Of a stretch of DNA of 64,000 nucleotides, positions 14,701 through 27,277 are shown piece after piece. The stretch covers positions 9,300,001 through 9,364,000 of the forward strand of contig CM022665.1 in the NCBI GenBank assembly GCA_012295275.1, given 5' to 3'. The translations under genes were made by a program, and so were the position numbers. Within the stretch, counting starts at the first letter, position 1, and the number at the start of each line of letters is the position of its first letter. The notes below the pieces were generated by a model that saw only the letters and a list, made by a program, of their open reading frames with translations, was not told the DNA's origin and ran no database searches. Source of the stretch: Chrysomallon squamiferum (taxonomy: Eukaryota; Animalia; Mollusca).

Positions 14701-17700
14701 TAGTGACTCACAACGAATCAAATAAAAAGAGCAGGATGTGATAACATCAACATTCTTAAATATAAGTTACAACCTGTCAACAGAACTATTTTTAACTGAC
14801 TTGTTGGTAACCACAGCATGTCACACAGTCAGTCTATTTTTATCAGTAATCTATCTACCCAGTAATATGTCTTTAGATCTATCCATCCATATAGTATCTA
14901 TACAAAAATGATGAAGAAGGATATACAGTTCAAACACATACTATATTAAAATGTTACTGGAAAAAATATAAACAGAAAAGTGTTAATTATGTCAGCCAAC
15001 AGCCAACATTAAATTTAGTGAATATGGATGTAAGAAATGCTTCTTTCATGATTTCAAAATATGCTGGTTAAAATTAAGGAAGCAGTATGGGACTGGTGAG
15101 ATATAATTACTTTTATTTAAAATTTAGATAATAATTTGGCTACCATCACTGGGACATAATAAAAATGAAGCGAAATTTTTGAAATTAGACTATGTAATGT
15201 TTATGTTAGACATGGAAATAGAACAACAACAGTTGGTATCCTTTATGTCACAGACAAATTTGTACATTACAATATAATAAAATGATCACCTAAACCAATT
15301 ACTACTTTAACATTTTTACTCCTGAGGCATGTTAAAGCAGTATTCTGAATTATGATAGAAGCAGATGATACTCTGGCAGTGTATCTTAGATAATGAAGAT
15401 ATGATATGACATGGCCATAACATCACTGAGGCAAATGCCTCATACTAAAACTGACAATTTAATAATAATTAAAAATAAAAAAAATATTATTTTTATTACA
15501 AACATTTTATTTTAAAAATATAAAATACAAATGTCTAGAATTGAAGATTTTGTGTCTTTTGAGTCAGATCTTCTGGGGGCCTTAGGTGGTCCCCTAGCCC
15601 AATTTGTTAAAGTGTTTTTGTCTCATTTCAAAAAGTGTCTAGTAACGGTCATGTATGGTATACCCAAGATTCCATTATAATTAAATAAAGGTATTCAAAT
15701 GCTTAATAAAAATGTCTTGGATGTAACTGATTACCAGTAATATATTGTGTAATCAAATGAAAAAAATACCTCATCTCAACACCTTATTTATGTACATGAA
15801 AAGCAGATTTTAATTTAATTTTTTTAATTTTGGCACTTTTAAAAATAAAACCTGTGAAATAAGACATCATCACTATATAGAATGATTGGTACATGCAGTC
15901 AAACAGGCTTATCTCAAGGAGTGCAAAAATTCTGTGAAAACCATTTTAATTACACAAGGATTGTGTGAAACTATCCTTGCATAAACCATTTTCTGCTCGT
16001 GCAAATTTTGTGCTGTGATGAACAATATTTTGCTCATTGCTGAAATTAAAACACCATTCACTACATCAACAGTGTTGGCCACTGAGTGATATTCTTTCAT
16101 GTTCACTACTGCTGAATTGCTACTTAGTATGTGTCAGTGGTGCATAAGTTATCCCAATAAAACCAACAATGAACTGTGACCGTGTTAACTAAAAAGCTGT
16201 AATTTCGGGAGTTGTATTAAAAATAATAATGTTGATCTGCATCCATTTCCAGGATGCAGATCAACATTATTATTTTTAATACAAGTTTAATAACCATAAT
16301 TGTTTTCTTGGTTGAGGGGTGTGGAGGTTTGAATATCGATAATGTAACAATATCCTGCTTTTAGCTATGTATTTAAATTACTTAAACTTTATTGTGAAAA
16401 AAAGGAGTAATATTACAATTCGTAAAGAGTGCATTCATTTAGGATTTTCCACAAGCCATCTAACTTCAGAACATGTCTGAAATCTTAATTTGTTTAAAAT
16501 AATAAAGAAACTCTTCATAACCGTATTAATTAGTTTATTTCTGTCATAATCCTCATTATACATGTATTATTACTAATAAATAAAAATTAAAAATATAATT
16601 TAAAAAAAAGGGTTATGCAGAATTTAAATTTGTGCACCCTTAAAACTGCCTAATAATAGCAGTTTTCAACAAAACTATAGGGTACAAAAATACATGGGGG
16701 TCTGTTATTTTCTTGTATTTAACATGCAGTTTATGGAAATATATCAGGCTTTTTTGTTGTTTTAGGGGATTTTTTTTCATAAAAAGGTAAACTGACATGA
16801 CTGGTGGTTTGAAAACGTCCTATATTTATTATAAGTGGCTCATGAATTAAGCAAATATGGCCACTCTGAGCATACGTTTAGATAATGTGTTCGGTATCTA
16901 GATCAACACTTTCAGGAATAAATTCTCACACGCATCAAATATACACAATGAAAACAGATTGAAACATACCTTCGTTTTCCTGATTGTGTCTTTGACTGGA
17001 TTATTTCTTGATCCTTCTCAGCAGCTTTGTTCTTAAGCTTTAAAAATAAAATAAAAAGACACTATTTTCATGCTGCACAATTTTAATTAGTGATTGAAAT
17101 AAAATGTTCAGATAATGAATGTTCGATTATCCTCTGACAGTAGTAGTGTCAAAATATCATTATTATAATTTTTTCAAGCTTTTATTTGCCAATTTGTTTT
17201 TTCTTCACAAAATAGCATAAATTGCAAACCTGAATTTGCTTCTTCTTAAGATCTTCTAATAGAGACACCATCTCAGTATCAGCAATATCGAAAGCAGTAA
17301 GACCCTATAAAAATATATATAAAACATTTACCATAATTTTGTTTAGTAAATGAATACTGTTATTAATATATTTACTGTTTAACTATAAGATTAATATGTA
17401 TGCTAGCTATCACTACTCTTACTAATTCATGTCAACATACATTTCAGTTTTAATTGCATGTTTGGTTAACATGGTTGTCAGCAAGAAATAGTAATATCCA
17501 TTTGTCAGCACATTCTATTAAATTTTATTGATGCATATTTTACAGCTTAAAATTTATATGATAACAGAGAAACAGATAAATTAAATAATTTTAAATTGAA
17601 TTTTAAGGAAATACTAATATATAAATATATTCTATATTTAACTATACTTTAAACATTTAAATTGAATAAATGGACAAATATTTGCTAAATATCATCTCAA

Positions 17701-20700
17701 CATATGAATGGTTATTCAGATATTGTCTTTTTTTGTTTAGTAAGGATGGTATAATAGAGAAAATCAGCTTCTGCAACTTCTTTTCGATTTAGAAATGATT
17801 GTGTACATTTTTCTTGTGGACAAGAAAGTATATATTAATTTCATTCTTAATCTGGATATCTAAAGCAGATCTATCTTTTCATAAGACATCATCCTTCTAA
17901 ATTTGGTCACAGGTCTGAAATGTCCATAACAATAGTGTACATTTTTAATGATTAAAAAACAGTACACATGTAGTAACATTATTACAAGAGAATCATTATT
18001 AAAAAAAAAGGAATCCACTTCTTTAGGAAAATGCAACAGAAGTGCTAATTTTGCATTTAAAGTGTTAATTTTCTTTAAGAGCATAATTACTACTATGAAT
18101 TCTGTTTCAGATTTCTAAATTTAAGGAACCATTATGTCTCACCAATGCTAAAATATAATAGTTAAAATGATTCATACGGCATGGTTTTTCTTGTCCATGT
18201 CACACATGTTCTCAACAAGGAGAATACAGGCTTCATTTTGTCCCCAATGAGCTGCAGCATGAAGTGGAGTCCAACCATCATGGTCTTCTGCATTAATGTC
18301 TACACCAGCTTGTAGAAGGACGCTGAAAAAAAAAATGGTTTATTTTTCTTATTCTGAGTTGGCCATGTGCTGAGAAAAAATCAGGATTAGTAAGGATAAA
18401 TACAGCACAGTTACAAGAATTAAATCTGTTCCCTTGAAGAAGAATATCAAATATTTATTATATTTAATGAGTATAATAACCAAAAAGTCATAATATTTCT
18501 AAATTTTGTTTATTCAACTTTCACCTTATTTGCTTGATTTTCTACCGCATAAAACGTCAATAAATTGTTAATTTGCTATATTATCTGTAGTACAACACTG
18601 TCACAAGCCCTGTTTTTATGTTGAATTAAAATTTCTGAAACTAATCTGTATTCTTCCCTTTGGAAGTGCTATTACTTTCCAAATAAATATAATGACAACT
18701 TACTTCATAACTTTAATGTAACCTTTGGAGGCTGCTACATGTAATGCACTGGCACCAGATTTAATATGTTTCCTTTCTTTGACTAATCGACTATTTAGCC
18801 ACTGATTTGCATCCATAAGCATTCTTTCCTCTTCATTTCGTCTAGCTGCTTCAGCATCAATTCCTAAGTATTAAAAGAAAGAAAGAAAAAATAACCATAA
18901 AATAATCCAACAGGATTTATAACCTATACTAATTATACTCTCCCACCTATATGCAATGGTCATTTAAGTTAAAAATGAAATCTCCTTCTGTTAATAAATA
19001 ATCTAGTATTTTAATAATAAAATAAAGGTCAATTATTTTGTCATGCACAATCATTTGATTACAGAACGATGTGAAACATTAAAAAAAGAAGAAGAAAAAA
19101 GACCATTAATTAGGTTGTTTCAAGAAACAGTTTATTGCATTTTATGTTAAAATACAGCAAACTCAGTTTTATCACCTATTTAAATTTGTCACAGGACTTC
19201 TCAGACTGAATACAAACAAGTCATGCATGTACCTGTTCTAACTTTCTAAATTTGTTGAATTTCTTTTGTAATGTGTTAATATACATATTTCAGTTCAAAA
19301 CCATTTTTTATAAAAAATTACAAACCCTGTTTATTCATTTCTTGTTGAAGCAAGGTTTCCATTTTTTCTTCATCTTCACAGATATCAATAGGAAGATCCC
19401 CATCATTATTTACAGCTGCAATGTTGGCACCTTCCTTGATTAAGTATCTGCAATAATTCACAGAATAAGAATTATTTATTCTTAAAATATTTTACTACTA
19501 ACTGCTAATACAATTTGGTAAACAAATAGGTTATCCTTTAACCATGCTAAAATAACTAAATCCTAATAAATTTCTCAATTACAGATGAATCTATTTAATT
19601 TAAAACAGCACAGTGAATTCTGAAGAAGTTGCACGTAATTTCAGAATACATAAATTATGAAATAAAAGTATTAATAATGGTCAAGTAAAATTAAAAGTTC
19701 TTTTCTGGTCTCCAGAATTACTTTATGAAACAAATTAGACTGGGTAATTAAACTTTCTAACTGACAGTTAGCAAGTATTTCGGATGTGTGATAACCATTG
19801 ATTACTCACTGTTATGGCTGATTGACTAATTAACAGTTAATCTAGTTAATCTTTCCTCATCTCAGTTTGACACTAATTAATATTAAATTGGTGACAGAGT
19901 TCAACTGATCAATATGATCTAAAGCAACCACTGTCAGAAAATATAAAGCTAGTGGCCATATTTGATGATGTATTCATTTTTAACGAAGTTCATGTCAATT
20001 TTGTAACTCTAATACAAATTCCAGATGAATCCAAAATAATTTTCATTATCATGTAACTATGACCACTGTACACATAATTTTCAGCTTTTTAAACACTGTT
20101 TACTTAATGAAGAATGACTGATTTTCAAAATTAAAATTTTTTGATAAATTGTTATACAATCACTTTAAAAAATGTATTAATGCAGAAAAATAAGACAATA
20201 TTATTAAATTCAACATTAAAACAACTTATAAAATTAAAAAAAAATAATAACACGCATTAGTGGAATTTAAACCATCAATTTTCAAACATGTTGAAACATC
20301 AAGAATCTTTTTACAAGAACAAACACATTATAACCTACATGTTTTCAATATAGCAAAATCGGTGAGTTACTATGGAAAGAATCCCTTATGATTTAGAAAA
20401 AAAGGTGAATGACCTATCCCTTGGTAAAATTCTGTGTGGAAGAAATCATATATGGAAGGGGAGAAAAAAAAAAGAAATGAAGAGTACCTTGCAATTTCTG
20501 TGAAACCACATGAAGCTGTGGCATGCAGGGGTGTCCAACCTTCATTGTCACAGACATCAACATCAGCACCATTTGCTACTAAAAACTCCACCATTTCCAG
20601 GTTATCATCAATACAAGCCTGAAAAAAAAGAAGAGAAAACAACAGCATAGCATAATTATTTAAACTTTAAATCATGTAACAAAATAAAGAGTTAATTCTC

Positions 20701-23700
20701 ATGAATGCAGACTACTTTGTTTCAAGTACTTTGTGTTATATTAGCAATGTGGTTGGAAAAATAATTCTGACTTCAATCTTTGTCTTCAAATGTGCACATA
20801 TACTTAAGCATTTTCAGATGTTATATAATCAACAACATGTAAAAATTCAGTGTACTGTTAATTTAATATTTCTACGCATTGATAAAATGGCAGGAATAAT
20901 TGCTACTGATTAGAATTATAATGTCAAAGCACATTTTTTAAACATTCTTCGAAATAAGACATTAGTGTTGAAAATATGGAAGAAGAAAGTACAAAAATAC
21001 GTATCCATCACAACTGATAAAGCCATAATATTCTATTTGAAAACTGGTAAAACTACAGTGTTTTAAACATGGAAAAACATATTGACTAATAAACAGGTAC
21101 AAAAACATTGCCAGTGTTTCTTAAATGGGTCAAACAAATTAATTTTAAAAATGTCCCATCAACTATGAAATGTAATTAGTTCATAACAAAAAAATCTGCA
21201 CTGCAGTCTCCATGTTTTAAACAGAGATGTATTTTATCAACTTGTCTTATTTAAGCAAGCACATTATAACCTTTGTTTACAATCTTATAAAGTTGTTATG
21301 CATTTAAAACAAAATCTTCAAATAAAATCAAAATCAAAAGCCTAACTGATTATACATAGTAAAGTTAACATTTTGTTGGCAAAAGATTCATAGCCATATT
21401 TTCTAAATTATATGCTACATTAATTCTGTAATTCTAAGGCAACATTCATATTATCATTGCTATAAACAAACTTAGTTCATGATTTACATATGTGTGAAAG
21501 ATATAAATGCACTATACATGTAGATAATTGATAGAATTACAATATCAACAGTATGCATATTAAACAACAAAAATGATAGCAGGCAGTAACGTTGCAATTC
21601 CAGTAGACTGGTTAGTATTGCTTTCTGTATACTGTTATGTTAATAACGAAGGTAAGCATGTAGGTGTGGGTAATTTTTGGCTGCTTTCATTAAGTATATC
21701 TACCATGGACCTCTGTCTTTATCGGGGAGTTCTATCCATTTTGAGTAAAAATCAGTGACCTATTTAGTGTATTGTATGTAACCAAATAATGTATGTACAG
21801 AATGATTGTACAAGATTTTGCTGGTAAACAAAATTAATTACAGTTAAATCTGATACAAGTATTACTTAATATCAGTATGTTCAATTGAGTATTTTGCATA
21901 AAAAAACAAAATTCAAACAAAAGTATCTGGGCTAGAAAGAATAATTAGAATACCTTTGTGACTCGTCACAATATTATTTTTCCATTTTAAATTACATTAT
22001 TTGGATTGATAATGTAACAGAAATGAAATTTATATAATAACGTTATTATTTCATGTGAAAAGCAATCGAATGGATCAGCTTATCTTTAATGGCTCATGGA
22101 CATCATCTCATCACAACCAAATATCGTTTTTATATAGTATCTTTTTTACATGATAAAAAAGGTGACTATGGATCAATATTATATTTTCATATGTAAAAGC
22201 AATCATCAATATACAATAACTATATGTATGAAAACTAAGCATTTCAGATATTGCAAACTGTGCATTCTTTAAAATAAATAACGATAAAATATATATTTAT
22301 TGTTTTATGATAATTAATTATATTTACAAGAATTATCCAAATAAATTAGTTTCTCCTTTTTAGTGGACAGAATTGGGAATTCAAAACATGTAAGAATTAA
22401 TTATACAGCATTCCATCAGGTATAGTGTTATATTATTTAATCTGTAAGTATAAATAATATCTACACATCATATGGGACACAGAACAAATACATTCATCAA
22501 TAAGATAAATGTATATATATTTCTTAAACATCTTGAAATATGCCTAAAAGGATATAAGTAATGGATTAGACAATAATAAAACAACAAAATACTACTTTCA
22601 CTTTCAGATGAAATTTGATCTGATTTTGAAAATGAAAAGTTCTCATATACTGTAAATCAAACCTTTTATGTAATTTAAAATGATTTATGTGTGGAAAGAT
22701 GATTAAAACAATTAATTGCTGTTAGAAAAAGAAAGTAAAAAATTTGGTTGCCATCTTTGAAGGGAAAAAAAAAATGAACAGTAAGTGACTACAACTTTAC
22801 AATATGGATTAACACAGTATGGTATTTTTTCAGAAAAAAAAAATGTTTCTTTTTAATATATTTTTATTATTATTATTTTATTATAGATATAAAAATGACT
22901 GGATTTTAATCTTACAGTCTACAGTACTGGACACTTATTTTTGAACTTCTAATCAAGAACAAAATCAGTGTTAATATGTGCTTAAAATGATGTATCTTTG
23001 ATGTTTTTCAAAAAGCATGTAATAAAGTATTAAAAATAATAATACAGTCCTTTGAGGATCCATGGAAACAGAAATTGCATGTCATTTTTTATAAAGAAAA
23101 AAGTCAAATTAGTGTCAGTTAATGGAGGATAAAACAATAGTAGAAAACTATTTCACAATGAAATGGAAAAAGGCAACCTTCCTGTTTTTCCTTGAACATG
23201 CTATTTTATTTTAATAATTTATTATGTGGAAATACTGGTTTCTAATCTAAACAAAGTAATAATATCAATGTTTTAAAATGTATTAATATTACCAGTTATT
23301 ATATATTTTCTTTACTGTGTCATATATTTGTAGTATTTTCAAGTATGACTATAAATTTAATAATTACAAATCACAACCCCCTTCAAATAAAACAGGTATT
23401 AATTTATTGTTCAGTATTATTATTATATTTAAATACATAAATAAATAATTTGAAAATAATGATAACAATTAAAAATTAAAAATGTCAGATGCAAGTTACA
23501 GACTGAAATTATGCTTGTGTAAGGTATACAATTCATAAAAACAAGAAAGTTTACAAACTTCATGATGCACTGAAATAATTATGTAATTTCAAATTTTTTA
23601 AAATCTATTATTTTATAAACTTATGATAATATAATCCAACATATATCCTATTGTTTAAGTATGTCCATATGACTTGCAAAGTGATAGAATTTTTTTTTAA

Positions 23701-25122
23701 ATTATAAAATAATAACAGAAAAATTAACATTACTAATGTGGATGTTACATGGATTATCTACTGTTAACCATGTATGCTGTGATTCATTTTACGGTCAGGG
23801 TTATTACTATGAATACCTTTTAAGAGATAGAATTTGTGAACAGTGTGAAAAGTCATCTGATTAGACATTTCAAACCTTTAAATACATTTTTTTTTTTATC
23901 AGAGAAACATTTCTAACATTTCATGATTGTAATTTCTACATACATAACTAGTACACTACCACTATCAGTTGGTTAAAAAGGAGGCAAGAAGAAGTGACAA
24001 CCCCAGAACATTAAAGAAATAAAGTGATGTTAAATAATGGTCTCAAGCTGCCAATGAGTAAATCCTCTATACATCTATATTTAGTAACAAAAGTGCAAAG
24101 TATAGAAATTACAACTGGTTTTTGTATAGAGAAATAAATTTACATAAATATGATTAATCAGAAGGCAAAGATCAAGATCCATAAATGGCATGTATGTATA
24201 AATATGTATTTAAAAAATTAATGTTCCATTTGAAATTGTTGTTTGCTGGATCAATCATTATTTCTAAGTTCTATACTTTTTAATTATTATGTTGATTTCC
24301 TGATGGGTTTGTGTTCCATGAAAGTCATACTGCAGATTAATACATTATCTTTCATTTTCATACATATTATTTGATTTCAGAGATTTTGTAACTGATTAAA
24401 TTTTGGAACATTATTGTTGAAAACAGAAGATATTTATTTTGGCATCACAACTCAGAAGTGTAAAATAAGCCCTTATTTTTCACTCACAAATTTACCACCC
24501 GGAGGAGTTTACACTTGAATTGCTTCCAACTGTTACAAAATGATATGAGGTTTAGGTTACATTATTTAAATGTATTTGAAAATATCAAGATGTTCACATT
24601 ATAATGTTTCATTGTGAAGAGCGCCAGTACAAAAGTGCTTAACAGGAAGGCCACACAAACCATTTCATAAATATATAAACAATCGTAGCAAATGGTAAAT
24701 GGGGAAATACTGAAATAGACCTTAGAATTTAGAAGTTAGACCAAATGTTGAAATGGCTTAAACTGTGGTAAAGTTATGCCATGGAGATGTTTAAGTATTT
24801 CCGAAGTTTTTGGCTCCGTAAACGCAAGAAGCAGCTTTAGTACACTATCGAAGATTTATTTATTTATTTTTTTTACCTGGTGGAGGGCAGTCAGGCCGTC
24901 AACATTTGCTGTGTTGATATCGGCACCCCTCTCCAAAAGTCTTTTCACTTCTTCCGTATCACTACTTGAACATGCTGCTAGAAATACACATCCGTCTTGA
25001 AACTGAACTTTTCGAGATTTTGCTTTGGGGACATCTGACTCCTTTGCGGTATCCGATTCCTCCCATCGTTTTAATTGTTCGTGCCTTCTCATCAAGGCAC
25101 TAACTTGTTTTTCGTCCGCCAT
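87..25122 (-). CDS. PPP1R12A: Myosin phosphatase targeting subunit (MYPT1/PPP1R12A-like), 20 coding exons in window, 3' end outside window
   Basis: Exons 24877-25122, 20488-20618, 19326-19447, 18704-18863, 18178-18322, 17230-17304, 16970-17037, 13957-14129, 12196-12236, 10601-10759, 8895-9032, 7880-8029, 6932-7023, 4521-4823, 4126-4216, 3592-3852, 2693-2780, 2278-2475, 455-549, 87-158. All are GT-AG and phase-compatible (2808 nt). Motifs: MyPhoNE RHEQLKRW, RVxF RKVQF, ankyrin repeats, LRKTGS, RRSTQGV and RRSTG inhibitory phosphosite motifs. Confidence 0.95.
455..549 (-). CDS. PPP1R12A: MYPT1 exon 19 (Thr853-equivalent motif)
   Basis: GHEEKKELSLVRARRARRERRSTGIASYEPD|GTAAGT. Confidence 0.9.
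2278..2475 (-). CDS. PPP1R12A: MYPT1 exon 18
   Basis: YIPRSQRNALSS...DDSSAAREE; three in-frame donors (exon end 2278, 2269 or 2263). Confidence 0.82.
2693..2780 (-). CDS. PPP1R12A: MYPT1 exon 17
   Basis: DDSRSSFRRSRDSMRDNSNSFSSHTSDSI, tttcag / GTAAGT. Confidence 0.82.
3592..3852 (-). CDS. PPP1R12A: MYPT1 exon 16
   Basis: GVALEDVEQAQESIK...WEDRRD|GTAAGT; completes the RRSTQGV motif. Confidence 0.9.
4126..4216 (-). CDS. PPP1R12A: MYPT1 exon 15 (inhibitory phosphosite region, Thr696-equivalent)
   Basis: RSYEPPKRDEEAETQRKARAKRARETRRSTQ. Confidence 0.93.
4521..4823 (-). CDS. PPP1R12A: MYPT1 exon 14 (Ser/Tyr- and Thr-rich)
   Basis: HSFVSSYGQS...AYVPYYRRQQE...TTATVTAPTTNISMFRR. Confidence 0.82.
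6338..6680. mobile_element. Non-autonomous DNA transposon/MITE copy A
   Basis: Begins tagtgtttcc; colinear similarity to 44099-44457 (aaaatgcctgccc, caccaataaacaaa repeats, actatga.accttgt, gaaaaaaatgccc). Confidence 0.7.
6932..7023 (-). CDS. PPP1R12A: MYPT1 exon 13
   Basis: DLNSSHRSVVSTSSLTASTSEVTQDNRLSDR, phase 0 to 2. Confidence 0.8.
7724..7753. repeat. (GT)n microsatellite
   Basis: direct reading. Confidence 0.95.
7880..8029 (-). CDS. PPP1R12A: MYPT1 exon 12
   Basis: KWRAELRKTGS, similar to MYPT1 WRLGLRKTGS; ends HSASYIPR|GTAAGA. Confidence 0.85.
8895..9032 (-). CDS. PPP1R12A: MYPT1 exon 11
   Basis: ETPDKETPQSSK...SRSSSAPSGHHTDEQ|GTATGC. Confidence 0.8.
9332..9378. repeat. (TA)n microsatellite
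   Basis: direct reading. Confidence 0.9.
10601..10759 (-). CDS. PPP1R12A: MYPT1 exon 10
   Basis: PREQDNASSH...IVTKIDD|GTAAGT, symmetric phase 0. Confidence 0.78.
12196..12236 (-). CDS. PPP1R12A: MYPT1 exon 9
   Basis: ERKNELNKQTSIEK; tttcag acceptor, AAG|GTGAGT donor; needed to keep phase. Confidence 0.8.
12310..13469 (+). mobile_element. Decayed Tc1/mariner transposon in MYPT1 intron
   Basis: Transposase relics: WPSRSLALNPIEHLWDEMDR at ~13058 (Tc1 WPxxSPDLNPIEHLW), a GG..V..W-like stretch at ~12846, QGNTRLHNAR at ~12982; many stops and frameshifts; ends tttcttttttgacagagTA (TIR-like plus TA). Confidence 0.85.
13957..14129 (-). CDS. PPP1R12A: MYPT1 exon 8
   Basis: SSVTRMSGDQKQ...acidic EEETESEESGKEI; donor G|GTAAGG. 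Confidence 0.85.
16212..16284. repeat. Perfect 33-bp inverted repeat with 7-nt spacer
   Basis: ttgtattaaaaataataatgttgatctgcatcc-atttcca-ggatgcagatcaacattattatttttaatacaa. Confidence 0.95.
16970..17037 (-). CDS. PPP1R12A: MYPT1 exon 7
   Basis: LKNKAAEKDQEIIQSKTQSGKRR, phase 0 to 2. Confidence 0.85.
17230..17304 (-). CDS. PPP1R12A: MYPT1 exon 6
   Basis: GLTAFDIADTEMVSLLEDLKKKQIQ. Confidence 0.92.
18178..18322 (-). CDS. PPP1R12A: MYPT1 exon 5 (ankyrin)
   Basis: VLLQAGVDINAEDHDGWTPLHAAAHWGQNEACILLVENMCDMDKKNHA. Confidence 0.93.
18704..18863 (-). CDS. PPP1R12A: MYPT1 exon 4
   Basis: IDAEAARRNEEERMLMDANQWLN...SGASALHVAASKGYIKVM. Confidence 0.93.
19326..19447 (-). CDS. PPP1R12A: MYPT1 exon 3 (ankyrin)
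   Basis: YLIKEGANIAAVNNDGDLPIDICEDEEKMETLLQQEMNKQG. Confidence 0.93.
20488..20618 (-). CDS. PPP1R12A: MYPT1 exon 2 (ankyrin)
   Basis: ACIDDNLEMVEFLVANGADVDVCDNEGWTPLHATASCGFTEIAR, AG/GT flanked. Confidence 0.95.
24877..25122 (-). CDS. PPP1R12A: MYPT1 exon 1 (MyPhoNE, RVxF, first ankyrin)
   Basis: aacATGGCG start; MADEKQVSALMRRHEQLKRW...RKVQFQDGCVFLAACSS...DGLTALHQ; donor CAG|GTAAAA. Confidence 0.95.
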
Positions 25123-25538
25123 GTTAGGCCGAGTCCTTCCACAAGAAGCGACCGAAAACGAGGCAAGCCATCTATCGGCGGTCATTGAAACTAACTTGTT
25201 CAAGGTGGAGAGTATTCGTCGTTATATACAGTACATAACTTAATTAAATAGCACATATTACCGTAAATAATAATAATAATTGTATAAATTAAAATTAAAA
25301 TATAAGCATCAACATCTGTTAATTATTTTCATTCACACTTTTATATAAATAGTTTGTTGGTGGAATAGGGAAATACAGTTAGCATAAAATAATAATTAGC
25401 GGGGAGTTTTTAAGAATTTTGTTTAACTAAAAAATTGCAAATACACCATCCTAACAGGCATTAAAAGACATTTCTAAATCGCTTCTTTTCGCATTGCTGT
25501 GGTGTTTCATTATAGAAAAATATTTAGGCTGAAGTATT

Positions 25539-25539
<1 letters not shown>

Positions 25540-25595
<56 letters not shown>
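25540..25595. repeat. (CT)n microsatellite upstream of MYPT1
   Basis: direct reading. Confidence 0.95.
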
Positions 25596-25601
<6 letters not shown>

Positions 25602-26275
25602 TCTAGCATTAAGAAAAATTAGTTACTGTATTATCTTGAAAATTCAACCTTATTATCATCAGTTGCATTTCGTTACCTGGATTATATTAGTTAACAATAC
25701 TGTCACTTTAATTCATTCATTCATTCTTCTCTCCTTATTGTTTTTCATTAACACAATCTCCATTATAAACATGAAAATAAATTAAATTAAATTAATAAAT
25801 ATGTCATCATTAGTATTATTAACCAACGATTTGCAAAATATTAATTTTATAAGAGCAAATTAAAACAGAACTGAGGAGTAAACAAATACTCTGAAAGATG
25901 GTGGTTCACTCTATAAAGTATAAGCATCAAAACCTTTCAAATTAATTTACCGCCTATTTAGTCCAGGAGTTTTCAAAATGTTGAATATTTATAAAATTAA
26001 ATATAAATCCAGCTGCAGTCAGCTAGCTGTTCAGTTTATATATATAGATAGATAGATAGATAGATGTATATGTATATGTATATATCCACACACAATCAAA
26101 ACCAAAACGAATGGAAAGCGAGTGCATAAATCAGTTAGGCAAAGTACTTCATTAGACGAGATTTCCATAAAGAGTTACAGTTCTTGGCTTCGGTAAATGT
26201 AAAGAAAAAAAATCATGCATTGACCGTCAATTAGGCCTAGGCAAAGGGAGTGTATGGATGTAATTTATTAATTAT

Positions 26276-26690
26276 TCACGCCCGTACGCAGAGTGTATGC
26301 GAGGGTTGCGTACGCCGTGGTCTGTCCGTAAATAATAATAATAATAATAATAATAAACCTAAAAAAAAAAAAAAAAAAAAAAATAGTCTGACGATGTGAA
26401 CTGTATGCAGTTTTTGCAGTTGTGGCGGTTTCATGACATAACACATAATAGAAATATGACATAACGTAACCTTTGTCGCTAATTTTTAGCGCGGATCTGT
26501 CATGATCGACATTAACTTCATTATCTCACTGTATAACATTTGACATATTTTGAGGCAAAGAAACATTTCAGCTTTACTTCCCAGAACGCAGGAAAATGCA
26601 CCTCTTACATTCAAATTTTTAAAACAGTTCGGTGAGGGGCTTGCCCCTAGCCACTCTGGCACTCTAAGCCGTCGATTACACCCTCCCATA
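26276..26690. mobile_element. Probable non-autonomous DNA transposon (hAT-like MITE) relic
   Basis: CpG-rich island beginning cacgcccgtacgcag, with cccagaacgcaggaaaatgcacctc...ggggcttgcccc motifs resembling invertebrate non-autonomous elements; far end not resolved. Confidence 0.45.
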
Positions 26691-27227
26691 TTAATATTTA
26701 CACGTACTTGTTACAGTTATTAATATGTAATCTTTACTTCAGGAGTTTCAAAAAAGTAAAGAAAACTGTTAGCGCAGAGATTACATCAGAGTATTAGTAA
26801 TAAATTTAAACTCTAAGTTATTTTTTATTTTATCTTATTTTTTATTTTTTAAATTAGGAAAGGTCACAAACAGACCGAAGAGGAGGTGAGGTGGTGAAAT
26901 AATTTAAATATATTTGAAAAGGGAGATTTTAATATTCAAATATCTGAAGAGAAAGAGACTTTTCCATTTTGAAAATACGCTTTAGATTTAATATTATTGT
27001 ACACATAAATATATATATATATATAACATTTACAAAGTAAACTCAGTATATTGCAGTAACAACCTAGTAAATCCGGATTCAAAGCTTTTCAGAAGATAAT
27101 ATATATAAAACGTTTTGGGACTGGTAAATCTAGTTTAGTTGTCTTATAAGATATTTATGATTATAGTAATAATCATTTTGAAATTAAAAATCAGATTAAA
27201 AAAATGTAATTATTTTTTAATTAATTA

Positions 27228-27277
<50 letters not shown>

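Noticed and set aside
14575-14785. Possible MYPT1 microexons (14575-14597, 14774-14785)
   Set aside because: Weak acceptors, and the 23-nt one shifts the frame; exons 7 and 8 already join in phase
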